Made by a program: the position numbers and the translations under genes. A model generated the notes under the pieces. It ran no database searches. It worked only from the letters and a program-made list of their open reading frames with translations, and had not been told where the DNA came from. DNA of 64,000 bases, from NCBI GenBank assembly GCA_046563655.1, contig CM102285.1:8928001-8992000 (forward strand), in the 5' to 3' direction. Shown piece by piece: positions 1 to 11,837 of this stretch (the stretch's first letter is position 1; every line of letters starts with the position of its first letter). The stretch comes from Yuukianura sp. NJ FZ-2021. Taxonomy: Eukaryota.

Positions 1-3000
1 TCGTCTTCGTCAGCAGGAGGTAACTTTGGAGTTGAATATACTATGAGAAAGTTCCGAAATGGATAAAGATTTCGGCTTACTCTGATTTTGAAAATTATGC
101 TTTCAAAAAAGGACGAAGAAAATAGCAAGAGAAAGTGAAAATTTGGTAGCGGCATTTGGAAAGTTGGTAGAAAGTGAAGGAAGCTTAACAAGAAAATCCT
201 GTTTTCATTAAACAGAACTTTCGTTTTTAGCATTCCCAGTAAATTTGTTAGCACTTTATGAGAAAACCACCAACTTCACGCTTTCAAGTGAGACGAGACC
301 TTAAAACACTTAAGTCCTCGTCAAGCTTGTTTGGATTAGCACGAAATTCGAAACACAAAATTTTACACTAATGACTACAATCTCTAAAAAACAAAATTGA
401 ATCAAAATTTAGATTTTACCTCCACTTCCACTTCCTTTCTCATGCTTAACATTGATTGAAAATCAAATGTCCATGAATTTTTCAGAAAACTAATCTTTCC
501 ATTCAAAATTTAGATCACCAGAGAAATATTATTTCGGAAGGTTTCAAAGTTCCTCTCATGACGTGAAAGCCAGTTAGTTAGGTTGAGTTAATTTAATTGC
601 AGCTAAGTGTGACATGCATTAAGTTAACTAACTGCATGATTGAATTAATCGTCTTACTTGATTTCGAAGAAAGTTTAACAAGGAAGCACGGAATTACGTA
701 GCGACGTTTTGCTCCAAGTGTTTTCTAAATTGTCTTTCCTCAAAATTCTACAAAATTACACGCTTCTTCCGTTTTCTTTTCTTTCCTTTACAACTTTCAC
801 CAAGTCACAAAACTTCAATTTTTGGTGGAATTTTTTTGCAATCCTTTCTTTTTTACGAGACAGGTTACTTGACCAGGTCAACCTTACGTCCAAACGGATT
901 CAACACGCAATGAGCCATTCACTCTACTTAGAGTATAAAAGGGTTAATTATTGGCAATTTCCAGCAGAAACTTTCCTTCTACTTTCTTCTCTAACTTTCT
1001 TTACTTCTTTTCCTCCGTCGAAGTCTGTACTAAGCTAAAACAATTTTCCAATGAGCGAAAGTTACTCAAAGAAGAAGCAAAAAAGTTAAAGAAAGTTGGC
1101 CAAAGAAGTCTGGTCAGAGGTGACTACACTTAGGACTCATGGATACACTGCAAGAGTTCAAACTACTGTTTTTGTAGGTTAGGCAAGGTTAGGTATTAGG
1201 TTAGATCGAATTAACTTAGGAGAAGTTAGAGATGAACCAACTTTGACCGGAGCTGCACTTGACGAGACTCTTCTTGGGCAGCGCCTGAGTTGAGACTGAA
1301 AGCTTTTCTCCTCCGCAGCTCAAATTCAAGACAGAAATGAAAGAGAGAGGCGGCGGCTGGAGAGGGAAAGTCCAAGAGGAAGCAAAGGAATATCGCCTTC
1401 TTTAATATTTTTAAGCCCAGGATTCTTCATCATTTCTTTTTCAGTTTTCAAACACAATTTTTTTACGAACAATACTTCCGTATTACCAAAAACCTCCGCT
1501 TCCATCTTGTCTATCAAAATACTGAACATTTTCTTCTAAGGCATTATAAAAAATTATAAAATATAATTTGTTTTTATAAAGAAACGAAACTTCAAGTTAT
1601 TAGGCGCGAGGTATTAAATAAGTGCAATTATGAGTTTGTTCTTTATCTTCATGTAGTTTAACCTCCTTGGTCCTTATTTAGTAAGTCAAATTACTTAATT
1701 TAGAAACATTACTTAATGCAATAAATATTATGGTTACGTAAGTGCAGCGAATCTGTATACAGCCTATGCAGTAATTTACGAAAGTGTAATTATATGTTAT
1801 TATACGCTTATTTAGATACAGCTCTAGTTACTATAAACTTTTGCAAATACAACGTACTATGTAATTATGTTCATGTAAACGTACCTTTATGTAATTCTAG
1901 GCTTGTGTATTAACGTGTTACACTTAATTTTGAGGCGGCCAAGACAAAAAAGAAAGCAATTCCTGTGGTTCATTTCCTCTGTCCAAAACCAAAAGGCGAA
2001 ACAGAAATGGGGAATTCTTTTACAAAAGTGCTTTCTCCCTTGAAACAGTCGAGGCCAGAAGAAAGCGAAAGGGGCCATCGCTTCCTCTGTCCTTTTTCTT
2101 TCTGCTGAAACATTATGGGTGTACTTTAAGTTTCTCGTGGGTCCTTTGAAAGGAAGCGAAGAACATAAAAAGGGAATGACATCCTCTGCCGCCCACTTTC
2201 CATTCTTCCGCCAAGGCCCCACCAACAGTTAAGAGCCAGATTAAAGTAATTTCACCCCACCAACCAACCCCTAACTCCCGTATCCACCAAAAGAAGAGAT
2301 TAACATTTCAAAAAAAGAATCCTACCTGCCCAGAGAAAGCGAAATCTATAAAAAGTAGGCGCATTTCTCCGGATTTTGAATATTATCAAATCCTACCATC
2401 GCTTTTTCTTTTGTCCAAAGAATAGCCTGGAAACTCCATTTTTCCTGTCTCAGGTTGTTTTGAGCATGTTCTAATCTCTTCTTAGGAATGAGGTGAAGCA
2501 TTTGAAGAAACAAGAACACAAAATGTTCAAAACAAGTCCTAAACTAAACCTAGCTTAACCATGTTAATGTAATCTACGAACCAATTTTCCATTTGAATAA
2601 GCCTGTGTCTAACCCTTGCGTTTGAAGCAATGATGTAGACGAAGTTGGTGACCTCAGCTAAAGCTTTGCTATTTCGCAGTGAGGTTATACACCGCGAAAG
2701 AGCATATATTAGTTAGGTTTTTGTTAGGTTGGGACGTGAGTTAGGTTTTGGTTAGGATGGGCTGTAAAGTTAGGTTATGGGCGGAATGTAGAGTGTGGAC
2801 TTGTGACTAATGTGAATATTTGTGTCCTGTGAACTGGATGGTATTCAAATTAGAGTCACATTACATCTTGTCTCTCCGCAGATGAGATCCTGGAGATGAA
2901 AGGCATTGGTTGGTAGGTGGACTTTCTCCAAGGGACAAAGACATAAAGACGAAGGAGGCTAATAGGGCTCAGATGCCTCTGGAAATCTTGAAACTGAACT

Positions 3001-4393
3001 AACATAGTCTAACTGCAGAGTTTAGAAAAGTTCTAGAATCTTACAAATCTCCAGAACCTATTATGAGGCAGACGAAGCGAATGGTGGGAAAATGTAATTC
3101 TGGAATTCATATCTTTCTTCCTTTCTCTCTCTCGCTCCGTTGAGAATGAATAGCACTGTCGCATCTTAACCTCGCTTCACAAACTTTCTCTTCACCCAGA
3201 ACATGCTCCAAATCACTCTCATTTCAAACACTTTTAATTTTCACATTACAACAATTCCAAGAAAAATTCACAAAAAAATCGAAAGAGAAAGTGAAATTAT
3301 CAAAAAAAATTGTGCTAAAGAAAATCAAGAAAGTAGTTTCTCTGAAATTGCTTTCTTATTTTCTAAGTCGATATTTTCTGATTGTTGGAGTAGCGGATTC
3401 TGGTTGGTTAGATTTAGAAAATTGTGAATTTCGTAAAAATGAACACTGCCTTTAAAAAATACGTTTTGTATAATGCAATTAAGTTGATAAAAAACACTTT
3501 TGAAACTTTTCCAAATACATTTTTTAAAGAAGTTACAAATTGAAGGTGAAATGAGCTTTCCCCTGTGCGTGTTTATTCATCTGATAAAGTCCTTTCTCCG
3601 TCCAATATTTCATTGTTTTTTGTTCCACTTACGCTCTAAACATTTGTTCTATCTTGGACTCGAGATCTCCCACGGAAACTTTGGAGACCACCGACTAACC
3701 TTCACGATCTAACTAACGTAACAGGCACATTTGAATAGGGCCGGAAACCATAAGCGATTAAAGTGGTTTGTGTTTGGACTTTTTCCTCAAACAAAAGGTC
3801 ATAGGAGCAAGGTTAAGTTTTTTATGTTAGGTTCAAGTTAGCTTTTGTACTGCTCTTTCATTTTGATTTGTTCAGAACGAAGCGGAGAGGCAGGAAGAGG
3901 AAAGTAACTCAGATTTAATTGAAGTACTAGGAAGAAAGCGACTGGAATAATGCTCTCCTGCTGCCTTAATGCATTACAGTCATTTGAATCCTAACGGTTT
4001 CCGGAAGTGTTAATGAATTCAGTAGAGGAAACTAATTAATGAAACATTACCTTACTATGTACTTCTGTTAATTATTCTTCTCATGCAAGAAAACCTTTAA
4101 AAAAAACAAGAAAAACACTTGAGCCGCAAAGGCCACCAGAAATGTTCAGAATGAAGAAAACATTTCGGAACAAAAATTCCATGTAAACGAGAGTTGTCCC
4201 TATGGCTTTAAATTTTTCAAAATTTCGAGGAGTAAAAAAAAATAAAAAATCGACTTATTGGCTAACATGTTAAGAAAACATAAGAAAAAGCTATTTTGTT
4301 GTTTACATAACCTTGATTTCGTCGGTGGCATTCCGAACAAAGGTGATCTTACCGTAATCATGTTGGTTCAGATTATACCTACCATCCTCCCTA

Positions 4394-5034
4394 CGGTGAC
4401 TTTAACTTACACAGGGAAATTTTTTATTTTTTATTTTCAAGTCTTACCCCCCAAAAGTGTTCCACTTAATGAGATAAAAATTCAGTCAAAATTTCAGAAT
4501 TTTTTGTCAATAGGAAGTGGTGCCCCAGGGGGGTGCACTTTTACACCAAATTTCTGAATCACGATCTGGAAGTGTTGCACATTTTGCTAATTTCTACACA
4601 CAGCGTCGATGGATTCGCTTGAAATTTTGTACATTTCTTCGTGAGGTCTGTGTGAACAACTTCTATATTGAGCGCGCGTCCATTATTCCAATGATTTGAC
4701 CTCCAGAGGTCAACATGTGACCTTTGACCTTTGGAGGTCAAGCCGATTGAATAATTAGCGAGCACCGCATAAAAAAGTTGTTTGCATAAACCTCACAAAG
4801 TACTGTACAAAATTTCAATCGAATTCTTCGACTCTGCGCTTAGCAATTAGCAAAATGGCCGACCCTTTCCGATTTTCATTCGAAATTTGATATGAAAGTG
4901 TACACACCTGGGGCACGACTTATTAGGGTTAACTTAAAATTCTGAAATTTTAACTGAATGATTTACTCATATAGTGGAACAGTTCTGAGGGGTAAGACTT
5001 GGAGAAAGTATAACTCCCGTTTATAAAGTCACCC
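4394..5034. mobile_element. Fold-back MITE, probably Tc1/mariner superfamily, non-autonomous, 641 bp
   Basis: Termini TA|CGGTGACTTTA ... TAAAGTCACCC|TA with a TA target duplication. The arms are imperfectly complementary over the whole length, e.g. CAAGTCTTACCCC (~4438) with GGGGTAAGACTTG (~4989), GTGCCCCAGG with CCTGGGGCAC, and TTGAAATTTTGTACA with TGTACAAAATTTCAA. The centre is at ~4714. No transposase ORF. Confidence 0.85.
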
Positions 5035-8000
5035 TAATCCTCCCTTGCATCTGTAATGAATTCCAATACTTCCGGAAAAACGTGTGAAATATTTGTTCGA
5101 AGTTTTGTGTCGATATATATTTCCTCCTTTGTTTCACACCTTGCCAATTAGTTTACGAAGTACTAGGGAAGTTAAGCAAATTATAGTTAGGTTTAGTTTA
5201 GGTTAATTCGGAATAAACCAAGACTCAAAACTCAATTGAAGCAGGTCGACAATTTATTGAAACAAGCTCTAACGTCTATATTACATGAGCAGCTTGCACT
5301 GAGGGAGCTTAGGGTTGTTCTGAACGGTTCAAACAGAACTGAAATCGAAGACTGACCTCTGTCGGTCTTCGCTGTGGTCGACCTATACTTTAGGTTTAAC
5401 TAGTCTATTACAATTTTCAATTTGCAAATTATGTGATCTGACTAATCTGAAGGTACTTTACTAGAAGGGTCAAACCAACCAGTCGCCAGAAAAAATGTCA
5501 CCTATAGGTGGAACGGCAAACTTGTCGCCATTGTTCCCCAAGCCACGTAGTTCTGTTAAGTTATCATTGCCTGACTTCTCGGTCGTCGTGGGGTCATCCG
5601 TCCCAAGTACTGCTGTTGTCTATAACATAACAAGGTCGACGCGTTGTAGATAAATTGTATTTCCGTATATCAAAATTAAAGTTCCATACACTGACCAGAA
5701 GCGACAGCACTGCGATTTGTAAAAGATCCATGTTCTCTAGATGAGAACTTATTTTTGGTTTCCAAGCAACCTTAAATTCGACTAAAATGTTTTTCTAAAT
5801 GAAATTACTGTAACGTAAGTTTCTCGACTAACCCTTATAGACAAAGACTGACAAGAAAAGATGAAGAACAATCGACGTTGACCTCGTGCGCATGCCCATT
5901 GTCAATAATTCCTTCCAATGTCACGGAGTGGGAGTGCGACAAGTCACAAATAATTATTTTGCAACGCTCATAAGCGTTTTTATAGGGCATTGAGTGAGAC
6001 TGACGACAATGCAATTTTATAATTCCAATGCCAGTTTCTTACACTGTAACTTATACCTCAACTTCTGCTAATTCTTCTAATGCACGAAACACTTATAAAA
6101 CAATTGCGGTTATAAAACACTAAATGAAGAAAAAAAACACTTGAGCCGCAAGGAGCCTTTGAACATTCAGTTGATCACTTATGATAAATTATGATCAATT
6201 GATGAATTCTGTAAAGGAATTTACCAAGTTGTAAAAACAACATAACTTGGGCAAGGCAGGGTACCCTACTCCGTGAATTTAAGTCGCAATTCCACAAGTC
6301 TCATTAACGTAAATTAGGAATTCATAAGTGTCACATGAATCCACTTTATTTTGAGTTGCAAATTCATGTTTTTGATGCTTACGATAGTCGCTTCAGGTTC
6401 GTTGGATCCAGCAAATACAAAAGTTGTTGACGTATGTATAAACTTATGTACTTTTGTGACGCATGTGATGTATGTAAGCCACTTATGTTTTAAGTACTTG
6501 TAGGCTTCTGTAATTGAATATCACATCTACTTCTATGATTAATGTAAGTTATGTACAATGAGGGCTTATGAAACTGTAAGTTATGTATGTTAACGCCTTT
6601 GACGAGTTATACAAACTGGGGGCATACTATACAGTGACTCAAGTAATTCAATGACAAATGTCGTTGCAATTTATGTAATGACTTTACAAAAATCAAATTT
6701 ATATTTAAGTTACGCATGCAATACCAACTTTAAATTGAATTTGTAGTAACGGCAAGTTGGTGTGTATTTGAAGTTACTTTTCTTTTTCCATGTCACGCTC
6801 CATCGCTCTCTGTGACTCTTGAATTCTGGCGGCTTCTGTTCTAATTCATGCTGAGTGTCGGTGGATTCGAACTGAAGGGAGCGAAAGTGAGTTGACCTTT
6901 GATGACCTCGAGGGAGGCTGGAATTGAGTCCAAGATTAAAAGACACTCATTCACTCCATACTTTACACGTTGTTGGAGCAAGAAGGTTTAGTGGAGTAGT
7001 AAACTTGGGTGACTGGAGATTGGGGAGAAAGTGATTTATTTGGCTGGAGTAGTTAAAAAGAGTTCACTTTCCCCCACCTCCATTCCACTTTCCCCTCGGA
7101 CAACAATCATGCCACAACTTTTCAACTTTTCCCGCCAATTCAGGTTAACTTTTTAATCAAACGGGTGACAATGTTACTCCACCAAGGTTAGGTTTTGATT
7201 TCATAACATAATGCAATTAAATTCCTATTCAAACAAAAACATAATAGACATAGCCTAATCTATAGATTAGGTCTAACCTTAAGTTTTGTGAACAAGGAGA
7301 AATTCATCAAATTGAAAACTTTTTGGAGAGTTTTGAAGAATTTGGAAATTGCTTTTCCTTTCTTCCTTTTTCCTCTGCATTTCTCCAAGTTTTGACCAGT
7401 TTTTTGAAAACAGTGAATTTTTTCTTTCTTTTTGAAAAAAGAGGCTTGGCTCAGCACATTGTTAAAATTTGTAGAGTCCGGGAGTTTGTGGATGATTTGA
7501 AATGTGTCCTAGTGTGCTGCCTGAATTATTCATGAGGGAGTGGGAACATGAGATCCCAGTCCATGTAAACGAGCTAAACTGACTGTGAGAGAAGCTGAAA
7601 TTGCGGGAGAGCCTTAAGGACCCTCTAAATTGTCGCAAAGAAGAAACAAGGACTTCTGGAGGGTCCATACGAAATCATCCTTGATTCTATAAGCTCCTAA
7701 ATTCAAACCAAAAATTATGTAAAGTGACAGAAGGGAACAGAGCACAAAAACTTATTTTCTTGAAACACAAAAATAGAAAAAACAGCTCGTAAATCCCGGA
7801 AAAATGTACTCGACCTCCATCAAATTCAATTTCACTACTCAGAATGACAAGTTATACAACTATAGTATGGATGAGTACAATCATGTAAAGTGATAAATAT
7901 AACGAGTTACTACGTTTCGTAGTTAGGTTTGTACATACAAGAATGTAAAACAACCACTTATGTAACATAACCTGTATTTACTGAAATATATCATAGAAAT

Positions 8001-11000
8001 TTTAATCTTCAATTTAAGCATAACTGGGTCACTGACCTGCCCCGGTTTTGGAACGTGTGGATGAATCTTCTTTTAAGTACAAATAAAAGCCTTTCATATC
8101 CAACACTACTAGCCTCAAATCGCACAGTTTAAAGGCGGAAAGTTTAAAAAACGTGATATGGTTTCTAAAGATAAAGTGCCATTTTGAAAATAAAAATAGG
8201 ACTGCGTTTCCGAGCGTATGCCTCTCACACAATGTGGCGGCTATTAAAAGATAGCCTCCTCCTCTCATAATATTGACACATTGCTTCTCTTTCTCCCGGG
8301 AAAAGTCTTTTGATGGAGAAAGTGAAAGACATGGAAGTGGAGAATGGGGGTTCGAATCCCAAATTGGAGGTCATTTCTCATTCATCTCCACACAATCCCA
8401 TCCTAACTCCCGAATGCATTTATTCCACACACTGACCTCATATTTTCCCTAGGAGGGAATTGGAACATCAAATCCACCTCATGAATCCTTCATTCACTTT
8501 CTCCGCACAAAGCCAATCACTTTCCCCACCAGTTTAGCCCAGTCCAGAAGCGTTATTGTGTCCTCCCTTGTCCAAGAAAACCGGGACATTGGATCCGTCC
8601 CTGGAGGACTACAATACAGTAAGTGTGCTCGGTTCCCGGAGACTTATGTACGGTACGTACGGTGCTTACCACAAAGCAACATAATTACTCAAGCAGAATT
8701 TGCATGAACACGAAAAGGATATAATATTTAGTTGTTTATGCATTTAATGATTAGTATTATTTATGTAAAATTATAGTATACTACTTTGAATTTACTGGCT
8801 AAAAGGATAAGTATAAGTAAAGTAACGGTAAGAATTAATGCTGTTTATGCAACCACCATATCTATGTAACTAAGTATTGCCAATACTTGATTATTATTGT
8901 ACGTACACCTAATTAGGCCGCTAATGCTTCCCATGGTCTTAAGTATTTCTAAGAAAGTGTTGGCAAGAGATAGAGATGATATTGTTAAAAAAATGTACCA
9001 TACGTATGATATGTTGTTTCCAACTATGCCATACGTAGGTAAATTAGTTTCATTAGATGATAAGTATTTCTTGCTATGTTAATTCCGAGTATATGACGTA
9101 AACAATAACGTGATGAAAAGTTTAAGTAGGGTTAGCAGTGCGGTACATAAGTGACCGTTTCTAAGGGCCCGGCTACGCAATGTACATTGTCGTTGTGGAG
9201 GCAGCCCCCTGGCCTGCAACTGGATCTGCGTAGCCGTTGTAACTGGACCAAATTTGACCCTAATCCTACCGTTTGCTACTCCACTTCCCACTGTGAGCTC
9301 TACCAAAATCATTGAGTGATAAATGGCAACCGAAAAGAAAACTCTATTACGTCGTCCATCATTTCAGTCTCAACAAAACGAAAAACTTCATAAACCCTCC
9401 AAGGCTTCTCATTTTTATACAACCGGCGCCTTCTGGTTTGTTGTAAAATTAAAAGTGCGCTTATGGCCAGACTATTTTCTAACATTTTGAGAAACACATT
9501 CAGTCTGGTTTTGAACTACTGTGACCTAGGTTCAGACAGTAGTGGAACTGACAGGCCTTAAAAGTAAATTAGGCTCTCCAAGTCGGAGGGTGCTGATGAC
9601 CTTTTGTTCGAGTTTTTGCAAATAAATTAAGCCCTCCAGAGTTTTCTCCACTTTTTTTAAGAAGCGTACGACTTAAGAGGGTAGGGCTAAATGTCAGAAA
9701 AACAGAAACGGTCTTGAGCGGAGGGAAAGGTGGCCCACTTGTGCGGGATGATTTAGGTCGTGCGAGAGAAAGCGGAGCTCTAATGGTTTCCATACGGAAG
9801 TCCACGTCGTAATTCCTTTCTCTAATGTCTTCTAATCCCCAGAATTAGGCGGAAACAAAGGGAAACTTCCTTCCTTCCGTAGTTATTATTTACTTCTGCA
9901 GTCCCACTCCAGAAGGAGCTTCTACGAGTTACGACTACAGGCGTTCAATTAATCATCTTAGTTAATTAGCCATTTGAACAGACACAAACTGTGAGTTTAA
10001 GCATAAAGTTATTGGGTCCCTTAGGCGGTTACGGAGGGGCATAAGTGATTAGGTTAGTTCTCAGGTTTCAACCTTACAAGCCTAATTTAACGGAATACCT
10101 AACAAAATTATTTGCCATTCAGACATGTTTCACTGGAACCAATGACAGAAACTTATCAAAATTATAACAGGTATAAGTATTTTGTTTTACAAAACCGTTT
10201 TATTTTATAAAAAAATTTAGCGCGTAATTCGTACAGTTGAAGGAAACAGTTAAACAAAATGGATACAACGCGGTAAAAACGTTAATGTATGCGTTCGTGA
10301 TTTCAATTGAAAATATTTTTTTCTACTTACAATCGATTTGTTAGCGCAAACTCTCTATTGTGTTCAAATATTATAACATGGAGTAAACTCACTTTACGCT
10401 GTGATTTTATCGTATTGTAGATGTATTATTAAATACGTAAGTCGCATTCATGCATTATGTATATTTGCAATAAAAATGTATTTGCTTGCATTACATACAA
10501 CGTATCATGTTACTACTCCTGTATTATGTGAGAAGAGACCCACATCGTATCTGTGTAAAAATGTATTAGGAGAAAGGGCACGAGTGTGTTTGCAAAAAGG
10601 CGTGTCCTCATAGCATATCGAATAGTGAAATTTATTTTGCGGTTGGCTGAACATGTCCAATTGAGAATCTGGAATCGATTACCTAACGTCCCGAGGGAAC
10701 GTACATCCGGATTAAATGAGCTTCGGCTTTCGCGATAGAGGAAAGTGACGCTTATAAAGGATTTTACCAATATTGAAAATCCGTTCAAAAGTTTCAAAAT
10801 CCGAAAAAAGAGAAGAAAGCCTCGAAACTTGAGAAAACCTAAATCTTAATAGCTTAAGGGGATCTTCAAAGCGAAATTAGGTGAAACGGAATGCAAGAGA
10901 TTTTGCGATTTTGAGCGAAATTTGAAGAGGAAAGTCAAAAAGTCTAAGGCCACAGATTAGGACAGGAGCTTTTTTCTATTTGAGTGAAAGCTGGCAAGAA

Positions 11001-11837
11001 TGAGAACTCACAGTTTCAATTGCTTTGTTATCATTTTGAGAAGAAATATTTTAAAAAAAAACTGTAAGATTTGAAAATTCTGAAAATTGTGAGAGGTGAA
11101 GATAAAAAGTTGCGTAAATTCGAAAAGTGTGATGAGGGAAATCGAAATCAGAATGGAAATTACTTTCTCCCCTTCTCTCTGTTTATGACTTTTACTTTTG
11201 TTTATGCTTTCGCATATTTTTGTTTTGTTTGCTGTTCGTTTCTGAAGAAAAAATCTAAAACACGAACAACAACACCCACAAACACGAAGAAAGCAACGGA
11301 AATAAAAATTCCGCGAAATTTCGATATAGCACTACGTTGTAAATTTCATATCCAGGAAAAAATTAGCACGTTCACACTCACTGCTCCGAATGTCTTTTGT
11401 ACACCGAGTAAAAATTAGCATAGAAATTGATTCCTGTTCTACCAGATCATTCTTTTGTGAAAAAAAAATCTTAAACGAGTTCCCAATCCTAATAAACAAA
11501 AATTAAATTTTTTCAAAAAATTTTCTTTCTAGGTTTGAAATATCGAAATTTCAAGCAAAGTTGGAGATCTCGCTGTAATTCGTAATCCAAAAATTGGTGT
11601 CAAGACAGTAGTGTCACCCTGTCTCTTCGACCTCAAAAATTCTTTGAAGATACGCGAGAGGTATCATTGCATTGACTGAACTATTTTTATTCCTAATCGA
11701 AAACACTCAAAACCTAATCAAAATCAAAAACTACCACAAATAGCATTTTAAATTCTGGCTCTCGTTACTTCGCAACTTGACGTTACGGCGGGACGTTCCT
11801 CAGATTGGGAATGTTTGATTGTCAGCACTTTCATTGT

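Noticed and set aside
4258..4765. ORFs overlapping the fold-back element
   Set aside because: No transposase motifs; these are chance frames in a non-autonomous element.
5346..5371. 11-bp hairpin CGAAGACTGAC-CTCT-GTCGGTCTTCG as a Helitron 3' end
   Set aside because: The nearest CTAG is ~29 nt away, further than typical, and no 5' end was identified.
8346..8362. GGGGTTCGAATCCC, a tRNA T-arm/B-box-like motif
   Set aside because: There is no acceptor stem, D-arm or anticodon arm upstream, so it cannot fold as a tRNA.
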